From: an uncultured Armatimonadetes bacterium
GTDB lineage: Bacteria > Armatimonadota > UBA5829 > DTJY01
Length of the DNA stretch: 64,000 bases
Assembly (NCBI GenBank): GCA_963717145.1
Contig: OY970325.1
Coordinates: forward strand, 3,968,001 to 4,032,000
Direction of reading: 5' to 3'
Position 1 is the first letter of the stretch, and every line of letters starts with the position of its first letter. The translations under genes and the position numbers were made by a program. The notes below the pieces were generated by a model. That model was given only the letters and a program-made list of their open reading frames with translations, was not told where the DNA came from and did no database searches. Below, in pieces: positions 48,565 through 58,273 of this stretch.

Positions 48565-49884
48565 ATGAGAATCCTCCATGTGGGCTGGGGACATCCCCCG
48601 GAATATCTGGGCAACGGGACCGTGGCATATGTGCAGGAGCTGTGCGAGCAGCTTGCACTGAAGGGTCACCGGAATACGATACTGGCGGCCTCGCCCGTTC
48701 ACGCCGAGGGCGAAGAGCAGTTCTCCGTGTGCCGGCGAACCTACCGCCACTCAGATATCTATGCGGTTACGAACCGGCATGCTCTGGCCGAGGACCCGCA
48801 TAATCCCCTGCGCGAGATCAGCAACCCCGAGAGCGAGAAGGTCTTCCGCCGGACACTGGCCGAAGTCGAGCCGGATATGATTCACTTCCACAGCACGACC
48901 GGCCTCAGCGCGTCCCTCATGCCGATCGCCCGCGAATACGGCGTTCCGAGTGTCGTCTCGATGCACGACTTCTGGCTCATGTGCCCGAAACGCGACCTGA
49001 TCGATCGATCCGGACAAGTCTGCTGTGATGCAGGCAACGGCGCGAAGTGCGGCGAGTGCATCGAGTACATGCCGACCTGCGAAAGCGCTCAGACCTACGT
49101 CGACCGCTATGAGAGCATGACCGGCTGGCTCAGCGAGGCGGACATGGTGGTCGCCGAGTCCGACTTCATGCACCGGTTCCTCGTGACGCACGGCGTCCCG
49201 GAGAGCCGGATCACCGACATCCGACCCGCCGCCAAGACCGCTGAGGCGCTCTGGGCGTGGAAACACCGCAGTCACGATGTCGGCGGCCCGCTCGTCTTCG
49301 GGTATATCGGCGCGATCTCACGGAGCAAGGGGCCGCACCTCCTTGTCGAGGCGGCTTCGATGCTCTTCGACCTGCGCGATCGGTTCCGCATCTCGATCCA
49401 GGGCACGCTCGCGGATCCGGACTACGCCAGGGAGATCGAGGAGCAGGTCATCAAGCTTCAGCATCAACTCCCCGGAGTCGGCCTCGAGAACGACTACGAG
49501 CCCGGGATGCTTCACCGGATCCTCGCCGAGATGGATGTCTGCGTTGTGCCGACCCTCTGGCCAGACAGCGCGCCTCGAACGGCCATGGAGGCGCTCGGCG
49601 CGCGCGTGCCGGTCATCGGCTCGATGGTCGGCGGGATCCCGGATCTCGTGGAGCATGGGGTCAACGGCCTGCTGTTCGAGCGTGGAAATGCGGAGAGCCT
49701 GGCGCTCCAGATGAGGTGCATCATCGAGCACCAGGCTATGCCCCATCACCTGCGCGTGCGGATCACCGCGCCTCGACCGATGGCGGTTCATGCGGGGGAG
49801 ATATCGGCGGTCTACGAGACGCTCGCGATCCATGAGGCGATGCACCGCGGCCCGTCGAGGGATGTCATTCGCAAGGCGGCGTAG
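48565..49884 (+). CDS. GT4 glycosyltransferase, paralogue of 46788-48098
   Basis: PDMIHF, SMHDFWLMCP, FGYIG.I.RSKG, MEALGARVPVIGS..GGIP. Confidence 0.9.
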   Translation: MRILHVGWGHPPEYLGNGTVAYVQELCEQLALKGHRNTILAASPVHAEGEEQFSVCRRTYRHSDIYAVTNRHALAEDPHNPLREISNPESEKVFRRTLAEVEPDMIHFHSTTGLSASLMPIAREYGVPSVVSMHDFWLMCPKRDLIDRSGQVCCDAGNGAKCGECIEYMPTCESAQTYVDRYESMTGWLSEADMVVAESDFMHRFLVTHGVPESRITDIRPAAKTAEALWAWKHRSHDVGGPLVFGYIGAISRSKGPHLLVEAASMLFDLRDRFRISIQGTLADPDYAREIEEQVIKLQHQLPGVGLENDYEPGMLHRILAEMDVCVVPTLWPDSAPRTAMEALGARVPVIGSMVGGIPDLVEHGVNGLLFERGNAESLALQMRCIIEHQAMPHHLRVRITAPRPMAVHAGEISAVYETLAIHEAMHRGPSRDVIRKAA

Positions 49885-49896
49885 GGAAACACGGGC

Positions 49897-50649
49897 TCAT
49901 CGAGCCAGGCTGAAGCTCGTGAGCACGTGAACCTGCTCCACATCGCTAGCAACTGGCAGAGAGACCTTGGTCGAGTATTCGTCCCTGAGTTCGAATAGGA
50001 GAGGCAGACTCGGGGTAACCCAGGTGTAGCCAGTCATATCTACTCTCAGCCGCGTGTCTGACATGGCCAGACTGAGCTTGTACGCTTCGTATTTCCCCGT
50101 CGGGGTCGTCAGCATTTCTTTCCCCAGGCACTTGAAAGAGACCGTCTCTACCCCGCCGCTGGCAAAGTGCGCCGAGTATCCCCACGAATCGCCCACCTTT
50201 ATTGCACAGGGCCACTGCAATGGCGGGTTGGCATCCCTTACTGCATCCCAGTGCACCCCCTCCAGAGATTCACCAAGCAAGTACACGTTGCCTGACGCAT
50301 CCTCGCCAAGCCACGACACAACCGTTTTGGATCGGCGTATGAAGCCCGCGCGCTGCTCAGAATCCTCCCGGAGATCATAGGTCTTGACAATGTAGGAGGG
50401 CACGGTTCGGCCATGGTTTTTCCCAGCAACCACTGTATATCTCTTGCTGCCAATCCCTGTGAGAGTAGCACTGCTGCCAACCGAACTCGCTGCCTTACTG
50501 TTGAGCGAATACTCGGCCTTGTCACCGATCCGGACCGTGGATCGGCCTTGCGGGGACTGAGAGGTTCCTGTCACCGCACTCCTTTGGCTGCAGCCGACTA
50601 CGTGCAGCAGACATACGAGTATTGCGATAGCCGTCACTATTCTTGACAT
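49897..50649 (-). CDS. Hypothetical lipoprotein
   Basis: Lipobox VVGC; E.LTTPTG.YEAYK motif. Confidence 0.7.
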   Translation of the reverse strand: MSRIVTAIAILVCLLHVVGCSQRSAVTGTSQSPQGRSTVRIGDKAEYSLNSKAASSVGSSATLTGIGSKRYTVVAGKNHGRTVPSYIVKTYDLREDSEQRAGFIRRSKTVVSWLGEDASGNVYLLGESLEGVHWDAVRDANPPLQWPCAIKVGDSWGYSAHFASGGVETVSFKCLGKEMLTTPTGKYEAYKLSLAMSDTRLRVDMTGYTWVTPSLPLLFELRDEYSTKVSLPVASDVEQVHVLTSFSLAR

Positions 50650-50666
50650 GGTGATCTCCCGGACGG

Positions 50667-51116
50667 TCACTTCATCTTGGCGTAGTACTGAACTGTCTCT
50701 GGGTTTGACGTGATACAGATGACACCCGCTCTCTCCTGAACCGGCAGGCCCGCTGTTCCCTCTTTCACCGGAGTGGGGAGCACGTTTCCATCATAGTCCA
50801 CCCCCGCCCAGTAATCGTAAAGGTTCACGCTGCTTGATCCCTGGCTGTTATCGAGCGTCCACTGGCCGGTGTGTTGCCATCCTTTGCCGTGCGTGGGGAC
50901 GAAGGTCTGCTCGTACGTGCCGTTCACGTTCAGCACCAGGGTCTCCTTGGCAAAAACCTTGCCGCCATGGTAGTCCTCGTATCTCGCTTCGTACGTGCCT
51001 ATCATGACGCCCCTTGTTACCTTCATCGGAGTGGCACATCCCGCGAGCAGCCACAGTCCCAAAAGGACGATGGACACTGGAAGCAGGAATCCTGAGCAGC
51101 GGTATGACCCATGCAT
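50667..51116 (-). CDS. Hypothetical lipoprotein
   Basis: Lipobox LAGC; GTY...ETLVL..NGTYEQ...GQW. Confidence 0.65.
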   Translation of the reverse strand: MHGSYRCSGFLLPVSIVLLGLWLLAGCATPMKVTRGVMIGTYEARYEDYHGGKVFAKETLVLNVNGTYEQTFVPTHGKGWQHTGQWTLDNSQGSSSVNLYDYWAGVDYDGNVLPTPVKEGTAGLPVQERAGVICITSNPETVQYYAKMK

Positions 51117-51145
51117 AGTGCACCCCCTTGCTCGACACTCATCGC

Positions 51146-53005
51146 TCAACCCCGGGCGGTCCCAAGCTCCTCCCAGACGCGGGCCTCGGCGGCTTCGGGA
51201 TCGAGGGCGTACTGGTGCCGCATGACGGAGAGCGCCACGACCGGCGGGTAGGTCCGGCCTGTGAGCATCCTCGGCGCGACGTAGTCGATCGACTCGTGGA
51301 GCAGCCGGCACGCATCGTCGTAGCACATCCCCGTGAGCGCCGAGATGAACCGCGTCGAGCGGTCGATCAGCTTCAGGTTGCTCGGCACCAGCGCGACCAT
51401 GCAGTTCCCGAGCACGCGCCCGAGCTTCACCATCGTGAGCGTGGACATCGCGTTGAGCATCATCTTCGCGCCGATGCGGGTCAGGCCGTCGAGCAGCAAG
51501 TCGTTCTCGGGGATCGGGAGGTAGATCGCGTTGGCCGGGACATCCCACGACGCGGCGAACGCCTTGACTTCCTCCACGGCCGCCTTCCGACCGATGAAGA
51601 AGAACGACGCATGAGCGCCGGCATCCCGAGCCTTTTCGAGCTGAGTTCGGCAGAACCCTCCCGGCTTGACGAGCGAGTCCTTCTCCGCCTCGGTGACGAC
51701 GCAGACGAAGCCATCACCGGGGTTCAGCGGCCGGTACTGCGGGCCGTCCGATCCGATCTTGAACCGGAGGATCTCCTCCGTTCCGATCTGCCGCATGATC
51801 TCATACTGGCGCGGGGCCTGCTCCGGTCCGACGAGCGCGAGGATCTCCTCATCGGCCCATGCGAGCCCGCGCGGCGGACGGTTGAGCAGCTGTGTCCAGG
51901 CGTTCTGAGCGCCCTCGTGAGGCAGGAAGAGGTAGGTCCACGACTCGTCCGCCTTCGGGTCGTCCCACTTCCGGAACGCCGGGATGCAGAACGTCGGCGA
52001 GCGCTCGGTCGTGTCGGTCAGCACATCGACGCCGAGGTGGTCGGCGAAATAGTTGTCCTTCTTCCCCTTGCCATAGATGCCGACGACAGTCTCGGTGAAC
52101 TTGGCGAGCTGACTGCGCAGTTCGTCGGACATCAGAGTCGCATGGAGTTCGGTGAGCCAGGATGCGAAGTCCCCCGCGACCGTGGACGAATCGAGGCCGA
52201 GCAGGTCACGGCAGACCATCTCCAGAATCGTGATCATCGTGCAAAGCTCGCTGGAGGTCGCCTGCATGCGGGTCGAGCCCATGATCCCCATCGGGCCGGT
52301 CGTGATGTTGAGCTTCTCGATGCGCGGCTCGTCGATCACTTCGCGGCTGCGGATGACGTGTTCGCGGAGGACGTCGTCGGGGTTGTTGTATACGAAATAG
52401 ACCTTCGCGCCGACCTCGAGGCCCTTCCAGGCCGTGCCGATGACGAACGATGTCTCGCCGCCCTCGGTGATCGCGAAGAGCACGTCTCCCTTCGAGATGC
52501 CAAGGTCGCCGACCTGCTTGCCGCCGAATGCGGTGAAGTCCTCGAAGCCCTCGACCGACTTGATCAGCGCGAAATCGCCGCCCGCCATGGCGCTGAACGT
52601 GCGGTCTTCCAGGTCCTCGAACCTCGATGGATCGCGTCCTTCGGAACGAGCCCTCTCGGCCTGCTGCTTCCAGAAGAACCGCCAGGTCGAGTCGAGCTGG
52701 ATGCTCAATCGTCCGGTTGCGCCGCAGCCCGTGAAGAAGAGCTTCCCGCCCTGAAGGATCGCGTCGCGGACGACGTTCGCGATCTCTATCAGCCGCCCGC
52801 TCTCCGCCAGTTCGCGCATCTTGGCGACGACATCGGCGTCCACCTGGAAGAGGAGCTTGAGCGCCTCCGAGGTGCTCTCCTTCGCGACGTAGCTGAGTTC
52901 CCGTGTGACGGGGTGCGGCGATTCGGTCAATAGGTCGCCGAGTCGGAACTGCCCGGCCTCCGCGATAAACTTGTCTGCCTGCTCGTGTGCTCTCTTGATG
53001 TCCAT
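51146..53005 (-). CDS. SIS-domain protein, glucokinase-regulator/MurQ-like
   Basis: LTESPHP, TGCGATGRL, AGGD.AL..SVEG.ED, TGPM...GSTRMQA, KMMLN.MST..MV.LG.V.GN.M....SN.KL.DR. Confidence 0.8.
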   Translation of the reverse strand: MDIKRAHEQADKFIAEAGQFRLGDLLTESPHPVTRELSYVAKESTSEALKLLFQVDADVVAKMRELAESGRLIEIANVVRDAILQGGKLFFTGCGATGRLSIQLDSTWRFFWKQQAERARSEGRDPSRFEDLEDRTFSAMAGGDFALIKSVEGFEDFTAFGGKQVGDLGISKGDVLFAITEGGETSFVIGTAWKGLEVGAKVYFVYNNPDDVLREHVIRSREVIDEPRIEKLNITTGPMGIMGSTRMQATSSELCTMITILEMVCRDLLGLDSSTVAGDFASWLTELHATLMSDELRSQLAKFTETVVGIYGKGKKDNYFADHLGVDVLTDTTERSPTFCIPAFRKWDDPKADESWTYLFLPHEGAQNAWTQLLNRPPRGLAWADEEILALVGPEQAPRQYEIMRQIGTEEILRFKIGSDGPQYRPLNPGDGFVCVVTEAEKDSLVKPGGFCRTQLEKARDAGAHASFFFIGRKAAVEEVKAFAASWDVPANAIYLPIPENDLLLDGLTRIGAKMMLNAMSTLTMVKLGRVLGNCMVALVPSNLKLIDRSTRFISALTGMCYDDACRLLHESIDYVAPRMLTGRTYPPVVALSVMRHQYALDPEAAEARVWEELGTARG

Positions 53006-53024
53006 TTACCTGCCCTGCTCTTCC

Positions 53025-53084
53025 GATCCCCTGACGACTCCCGTCGTCGGGGCCGGTCCCGACGACGGGAGTCGTCAGGGGATC
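53025..53084. repeat. Palindromic repeat family B, copy 2
   Basis: gatcccctgacgactcccgtcgtcggg...cccgacgacgggagtcgtcaggggatc. Confidence 0.9.
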
Positions 53085-53180
53085 ACTCTTCACACTTTCG
53101 ACTGCATAATAGCATTTTGGGCTCCCGATTGCCAAGTGCGAGGGGAAAGCGCGGCGGAGGAGTAATAGGTAAGACGGATG

Positions 53181-53279
53181 GCTGGGAGGGCGAGGCTCCG
53201 TCCGACCCGGATGCTTCGGTAGCAGAACGGAGTGCCGCTGCCGAAGCATCCGGGTCGGACGGAGCCTCGCCCTCCCAGC
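53181..53279. repeat. Long REP-like palindrome (gggagggcgaggctcc type)
   Basis: 39-bp arm gctgggagggcgaggctccgtccgacccggatgcttcgg followed by its reverse complement. Confidence 0.85.
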
Positions 53280-53309
53280 GACCGTTCATACAAAGGAGCT
53301 ATTCGACTC

Positions 53310-55889
53310 ATGGACATATCACTCAACGGTTCGGACTGGAAGGTCAAGTACTTCACGATCGGGGAGGCTCGTGGCAAGCAGCCGTTCAACCCCGACCATG
53401 ACATAAGCTGGTGGATGGACGCCACCGTCCCGGGCGTCGTGCAGAGGGACCTCCTGCGGGCGGGGCGCATCCCGGATCCATATGCGGACCTGAACGCCCG
53501 GCAGATCGAGTGGGTCCCGAACCGCGACTGGGTCTACGCCAAGTCGTTCGCCGTGCCACCGACGATCAAGGGCCGCACGATCCGCCTCCATTTCGAGGGG
53601 ATCGACTACTATGCCGACATCTACCTCAACGGCAAGCATCTCGGTCGAAGCGAGAACATGTTCATCCCGGTGGACTTCGATGTCACGGACATCCTCCAAG
53701 ATGAGAACCGGCTGGTCGTGATCCTTGACCCCGCGCCGGCGGAGATCGGCCAGATCGGCCACACGAGCGAGGTTCGCACATACAAGACCCGGATGAGCTA
53801 CGGCTGGGACTTCGCGGTCCGGCTCATCCCACTCGGCATCTGGGATGACGTGAAGCTGATCGTCACCGGCAGCCCGTACATCGCCGATTCCTGGGCGCAT
53901 ACCGAGCTGTCGGAGGACCTGCATTCCGCGAACCTCACGATGCGGACGAAGGTCCAGGCCGACGAGCCGCAGACGGTCACCGTCCAGACCCGCATCCTCT
54001 TCGGAGAGACTCTGGTCTCATCGCAAGAATCTTCTGTGAACGCGTCGGGCCTGACCGAGGTCGCGCAGTCGTTCACCATCGAGAACCCACATCTCTGGTG
54101 GCCGAACGGTCACGGCGACCCGAACCTCTACCGCGCGGAGGTGGTCGTTCTCTCCGACGGCGACGAACTCGACCGCCGGGAGTTCGACTTCGGCTTCAAG
54201 CGCGTGCGGCTGATCCCGAATCCCGGCCTCGCGGAGGAACTGCTCCCCTGGAACTTCGAGGTCAATGGCAAGCGCATCTACCTCAAGGGCTGGAACTGGG
54301 TACCGGCGGATTCGATGTACGGCATAGTCTCACCGATCGTTGGGGAGGGAGTTGAACTCCCTCATCCAGTCACGGGGGAGGGAGTTCAACTCCCTCCCCA
54401 ACAATCGGTGACAAGGTACGAAGCCCTGATCCGGCTTGCGAAGGAGGCGAACGTCAACCTCCTGCGCGTCTGGGGCGGCGGCCTGATCGAGAAGGAGGCG
54501 TTCTACGGCATCTGCGACCATAGCGGCATAATGGTCTGGCAGGAGTTCATCCTCTCGTCCTCCGGCCTCGACAACGATCCGCCGACGGACCCGGCGTATC
54601 TCGAGCTGATCCGCCGCTCGGCGGAGAACATCATCCCCCGGCGGCGAAACCATGCCTGCCACGCGGTCTGGTGCGGCGGGAACGAGCTGACCTGGACCGG
54701 CACCGAGGATGCCGCCATGCGCACGATACACGAGGCGGTCTCAGGTCTCGACCCGGGGAAGATATACGTCCCCACCTCGCCGATGCGCACGTTCAAGGAA
54801 GGCGAGCCTCAGGAGATCGATATCCACGGCGACTGGCAGTACTTCGGCACGGACCGCCATTACGAGATCAACAACGCGCGCCGATCGGCCTTCCACAGTG
54901 AGTTCGGCTGCGAGGGAGCGGCGAACATCGAGACGATCCGACAGGTCGTGAAGCATGCCGACCTGATGCCGATCTCGAACCGGAACGAGCTGTGGACCTT
55001 CCGCGGCGAATGGTGGATCAACACGCACGTCCTGGAGGGCATCTTCGGCCCGCTCACCGACATCGAAGCCTTCGTGCGGATGAGTCAGTTCATCCAGTGG
55101 GAGGGCCTCCGGTATGCCGTCGAACAGAACCGACGGCGGAAATACGCGTCCGGCGGCACGATCCCCTGGCAGTTCAACGAGCCCTGGCCGAACCTGAGTT
55201 GCACCAACGCGGTCGACTACTTCCTGCGCCCGAAGCCGGCGTACTATGCGGTCAAGGCGGCATACGAGCCGGTCCACGTGAGCGCGAAGTACGACCGGCT
55301 CGGATGGAATCCCGGCGAGGAGTTCCGCGCGGAATTGTGGGTCAACAACTCCGGCCCGGCTCAGGGATGCATGCTCGCGTGGACGATCATCAGTGCGGAG
55401 GGCGACCGCTTCATGTCCGGCGAGAAGACGCTCGACCTGGCGGAGAACTCGGCGTTCAGGGCGGAGGATGTTGTCTGGCGGGTCGAGGCGGGCTTCGAGC
55501 GGCTGTTCGTCCTGGAACTGCGGCTGATCGGACCGGACGGAGCGGAGGTGTCGCGGAACAGCTACCTCTTCAGCGCGAACCCGGCCCCGATCTTCGACCG
55601 CCTGCTCGCGCTCCCGGCGACGACGATCCAGGTCGAGCAGGGCAAGGCCGTCGAACGTGCCGGACACACCGAGGTCCCGCTCACCGTTCGGAACACCGGC
55701 GCGAACTACGCGTTCTTCGTCCAGATATCGTCCGATTCTCCCTGCTGGGCTGTGTACTACGGCCGGAACTACCTCCTCATCGCGCCCGGCGACTTCGAGA
55801 CCGTGATCGTCAGATATGAAGGAAACGAGCCCTCGTTCTCGGCCCGGGCATGGAATTCCGAGTTGACAATATCTCGAAATTTGAGATAG
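53310..55889 (+). CDS. GH2 beta-mannosidase-like glycoside hydrolase
   Basis: SYGWDF, WWPNGHG, KGWNWVPAD, LRVWGGG, VWCGGNE, FHSEFG, WQFNEPWP; RBS aaggag. Confidence 0.92.
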   Translation: MDISLNGSDWKVKYFTIGEARGKQPFNPDHDISWWMDATVPGVVQRDLLRAGRIPDPYADLNARQIEWVPNRDWVYAKSFAVPPTIKGRTIRLHFEGIDYYADIYLNGKHLGRSENMFIPVDFDVTDILQDENRLVVILDPAPAEIGQIGHTSEVRTYKTRMSYGWDFAVRLIPLGIWDDVKLIVTGSPYIADSWAHTELSEDLHSANLTMRTKVQADEPQTVTVQTRILFGETLVSSQESSVNASGLTEVAQSFTIENPHLWWPNGHGDPNLYRAEVVVLSDGDELDRREFDFGFKRVRLIPNPGLAEELLPWNFEVNGKRIYLKGWNWVPADSMYGIVSPIVGEGVELPHPVTGEGVQLPPQQSVTRYEALIRLAKEANVNLLRVWGGGLIEKEAFYGICDHSGIMVWQEFILSSSGLDNDPPTDPAYLELIRRSAENIIPRRRNHACHAVWCGGNELTWTGTEDAAMRTIHEAVSGLDPGKIYVPTSPMRTFKEGEPQEIDIHGDWQYFGTDRHYEINNARRSAFHSEFGCEGAANIETIRQVVKHADLMPISNRNELWTFRGEWWINTHVLEGIFGPLTDIEAFVRMSQFIQWEGLRYAVEQNRRRKYASGGTIPWQFNEPWPNLSCTNAVDYFLRPKPAYYAVKAAYEPVHVSAKYDRLGWNPGEEFRAELWVNNSGPAQGCMLAWTIISAEGDRFMSGEKTLDLAENSAFRAEDVVWRVEAGFERLFVLELRLIGPDGAEVSRNSYLFSANPAPIFDRLLALPATTIQVEQGKAVERAGHTEVPLTVRNTGANYAFFVQISSDSPCWAVYYGRNYLLIAPGDFETVIVRYEGNEPSFSARAWNSELTISRNLR
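54330..54411. repeat. Palindromic repeat family G lying in frame within the GH2 gene
   Basis: gttggggagggagttgaactccctc...ggggagggagttcaactccctccccaac; same family as 61319-61405. Confidence 0.85.
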
Positions 55890-55892
55890 AAT
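55863..55892 (+). promoter_or_regulatory. Sigma-70 promoter with palindromic operator for the TA operon
   Basis: TTGACA-N18-TAGAAT; tatctc-N7-gagata spans the spacer. Confidence 0.7.
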
Positions 55893-55901
55893 GGTGGAAA
55901 G

Positions 55902-56261
55902 ATGAAGTTCGAGGTCAAGTTCTACAAAGACAAGAACGGAGACTGCCCTGTCCGGCGATTCATGAATGATCTCAAGCGCGACCAGCCGGCGCTACACCGA
56001 CTTACCGACGGTGGGATCAACAAGCTGAGGGACGGCCGGAGACATGGATGGCCGTTGACGCGAAGCATCGGCGAAGGGTTGTTCGAGTTGCGGGTCGGTC
56101 ACAAAGACATATCCCGGGTGATATGGTTCTTCCATTCCGGGAGGAAGATTGTCCTTGTGCATGGTTTCGTGAAGAAGACCGATGAGCTGCCAAGGGCGGA
56201 TTTGAGGATTGCGAACGAAAGAAGGACGGACTACCTTCGACGAGTTGGGGAAAGCGAATGA
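55902..56261 (+). CDS. RelE/HigB (Gp49-like) type II toxin
   Basis: V.FY....G.CPV..F, GLFELRV, RVIWF, IVLVHGFVKKT. Confidence 0.9.
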   Translation: MKFEVKFYKDKNGDCPVRRFMNDLKRDQPALHRLTDGGINKLRDGRRHGWPLTRSIGEGLFELRVGHKDISRVIWFFHSGRKIVLVHGFVKKTDELPRADLRIANERRTDYLRRVGESE

Positions 56262-56674
56262 GTGACGTGGAAGAGAGTTTTGACGACTATCTGCGTGAAG
56301 AGCTGAAGGAGCCCGGATTCGCCCAGGGGTTTGCCGAGGCGAATGAGGCATGGGATATGGTCATCGATCTGGTCAAGCTCCGAGAAGCAAAGGGGCTGAC
56401 TCAGGCGCAGCTTGCCGAGATGGTGGGTACCAAGCAGCAGAACATCGCGCGTATCGAGAACCCGGCCTACGACGGGCACTCTCTGAAGTTGCTGCGTCGG
56501 GTAGCCGGCGCGCTCGGGATGGTGGTGCGCGTGCAGTTCGTTACCGCGGAACAGGTCGTTGCTGAGGAGCTGGGCGACAACCAGAAGCCCGCACCAACCG
56601 TCTACCGCAAACGCAGGCCGAAGGTCACGAGCGTCAAGAAGGCGATGGTCGTGAGGGAAACGCCGCCTGAGTAG
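56258..56674 (+). CDS. XRE-HTH antitoxin (HigA-like)
   Basis: LREAKGLTQAQLAEMVGTKQQNIARIE; ATGA overlap with the toxin gene. Confidence 0.9.
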   Translation: MSDVEESFDDYLREELKEPGFAQGFAEANEAWDMVIDLVKLREAKGLTQAQLAEMVGTKQQNIARIENPAYDGHSLKLLRRVAGALGMVVRVQFVTAEQVVAEELGDNQKPAPTVYRKRRPKVTSVKKAMVVRETPPE

Positions 56675-56677
56675 CCA

Positions 56678-58273
56678 TTATCGCGCCAGTTGCCAGATGA
56701 TGTCTTCGGCGTTGCGGCCGTCATACGTTGAGTAGCGCATGTCCTCCGTCGAGAACGGCGGTTTTGGTGGACGCAAGTGCGGCGGTGGCATGGGCGGCGA
56801 GATCACCTCATCCGTTGGCGTTCCAGGCGGGGGTGTCTCCAACGGAATACCATGTTGAGGTTCACCTGAGGCCTGGGGAGCGCCCGCGGTCGCCGGGGTA
56901 TAGCCCGGCGGAGGTGTCTCGATCGGAGCCTCCACCGGCAACTTTTCCGGCGGATGGTCGTACGAGATCCCGCCGTCGTCCTTCAGGTTCTCCCCGATGC
57001 TGTAGAAGATGCAGCCCTTGCCCTGTCGCCTGTAGACGAAGTCCTTCCCGCTGTACGGGTCCTGAGGAAGCTTCCATCCAAGTCTCGATCTCAACTCGCC
57101 GAGAGATCGTGGGTAGCCGCCGAACCGGTCCCTGTACGCTAGAAGGGCGCAGAGCACCTGCCCGCCGCTCACCTCGGCGATTGCATCATCGCGATCATCG
57201 ATGATGCTGCTGAAGACGGACAGCAGCGTTTCCGAGCCGAGCGCGTAAGCAGGGAGTTTCTCCTTCTCGAGGAGAGCCGACCGCTTGGTCTTCAGCATCC
57301 TGTAGGGCAGAACGGTATTCCGCATCCTATCCTCCATGCCTTTGAGGTAGACCAACTCGTCCGCGTATACTATCGGCGTGCGCGAATGGAGTGGAGCGAT
57401 CACCGGGTACCAGGCCTCAGGGTCCGGGCCTGTCAGATTGCTGCAAAGGCACCCGAAGGTCATGTACTCGTTGATCATTTCCGGGTTCTTGCGGAACTCG
57501 TCGAACGACCACAGGCCGAATACCGTCTCCATTCGCATGGCCCGAGCATATCCTGGATTCAGGTCGATGGATGCCAGCGCGTAATACAGCCTCTTCGCCT
57601 GATCGGAATCTATCTGCGTTTCCTGGGCGACAAGCTCTAAGCTGCGAGCGTGAATCCGCAGTGCGGCATATCTGACGAGCTGCGATATGATCGACGGCTC
57701 TTCTGCGAGCGATTCGGACAACTTGGGCCCAAGCGCCAGTGATCGAACGGCCTCGTCGGGTCGGTTGTCCACGGCGCTCACGATCGCATCTGCCGCCAGG
57801 AGACGCGCCAGTGACCGCAGTTTCGGCAGGTGCGGGGATAGTGCTGCAGCGCCCTTCTCCCACTCGACGGGGAACACGCATTTCGGGCGAGAGGTCGCCT
57901 GCTCTATCAGGTCGATCACGTGCCTGTTGCGCTCCAAGACCTTCATCCCCCTGGCCCACGAAGCCGGATCATCGAGGCGCTTCTCAGGCGACAAGAGGCT
58001 TGAGAAGGCCTCACTGTCTTCATCCGTAAGCGGCTCTTCCATCTCCGCGAAGACCCTCGCATAGATGACGGCGGCGTTCTCGGAGTTCCGGACCTTCTTC
58101 GGGGCGATGTCGGCGAGGGTTGTCGGCTCGCCGCTTGCCTTCAGTTTGGCGATCTCCGACGCGACCTTCCGACTTAGGACCAGCGTGAGCACGAGGTCCG
58201 TGACGATCACGACCAGCGCGATGACGATCACGATCTTCCCCAGGAGCTTGAGCCCTCTCTTGACCTTGTTCAT
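56678..58273 (-). CDS. Membrane-anchored helical protein with GspG-like C-terminal motif and Pro-rich tail
   Basis: N-terminal TM segment; Y....GGYP.SL.EL...DPYSGKDFVY......FYSIG.N.KDDGG. Confidence 0.7.
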   Translation of the reverse strand: MNKVKRGLKLLGKIVIVIALVVIVTDLVLTLVLSRKVASEIAKLKASGEPTTLADIAPKKVRNSENAAVIYARVFAEMEEPLTDEDSEAFSSLLSPEKRLDDPASWARGMKVLERNRHVIDLIEQATSRPKCVFPVEWEKGAAALSPHLPKLRSLARLLAADAIVSAVDNRPDEAVRSLALGPKLSESLAEEPSIISQLVRYAALRIHARSLELVAQETQIDSDQAKRLYYALASIDLNPGYARAMRMETVFGLWSFDEFRKNPEMINEYMTFGCLCSNLTGPDPEAWYPVIAPLHSRTPIVYADELVYLKGMEDRMRNTVLPYRMLKTKRSALLEKEKLPAYALGSETLLSVFSSIIDDRDDAIAEVSGGQVLCALLAYRDRFGGYPRSLGELRSRLGWKLPQDPYSGKDFVYRRQGKGCIFYSIGENLKDDGGISYDHPPEKLPVEAPIETPPPGYTPATAGAPQASGEPQHGIPLETPPPGTPTDEVISPPMPPPHLRPPKPPFSTEDMRYSTYDGRNAEDIIWQLAR

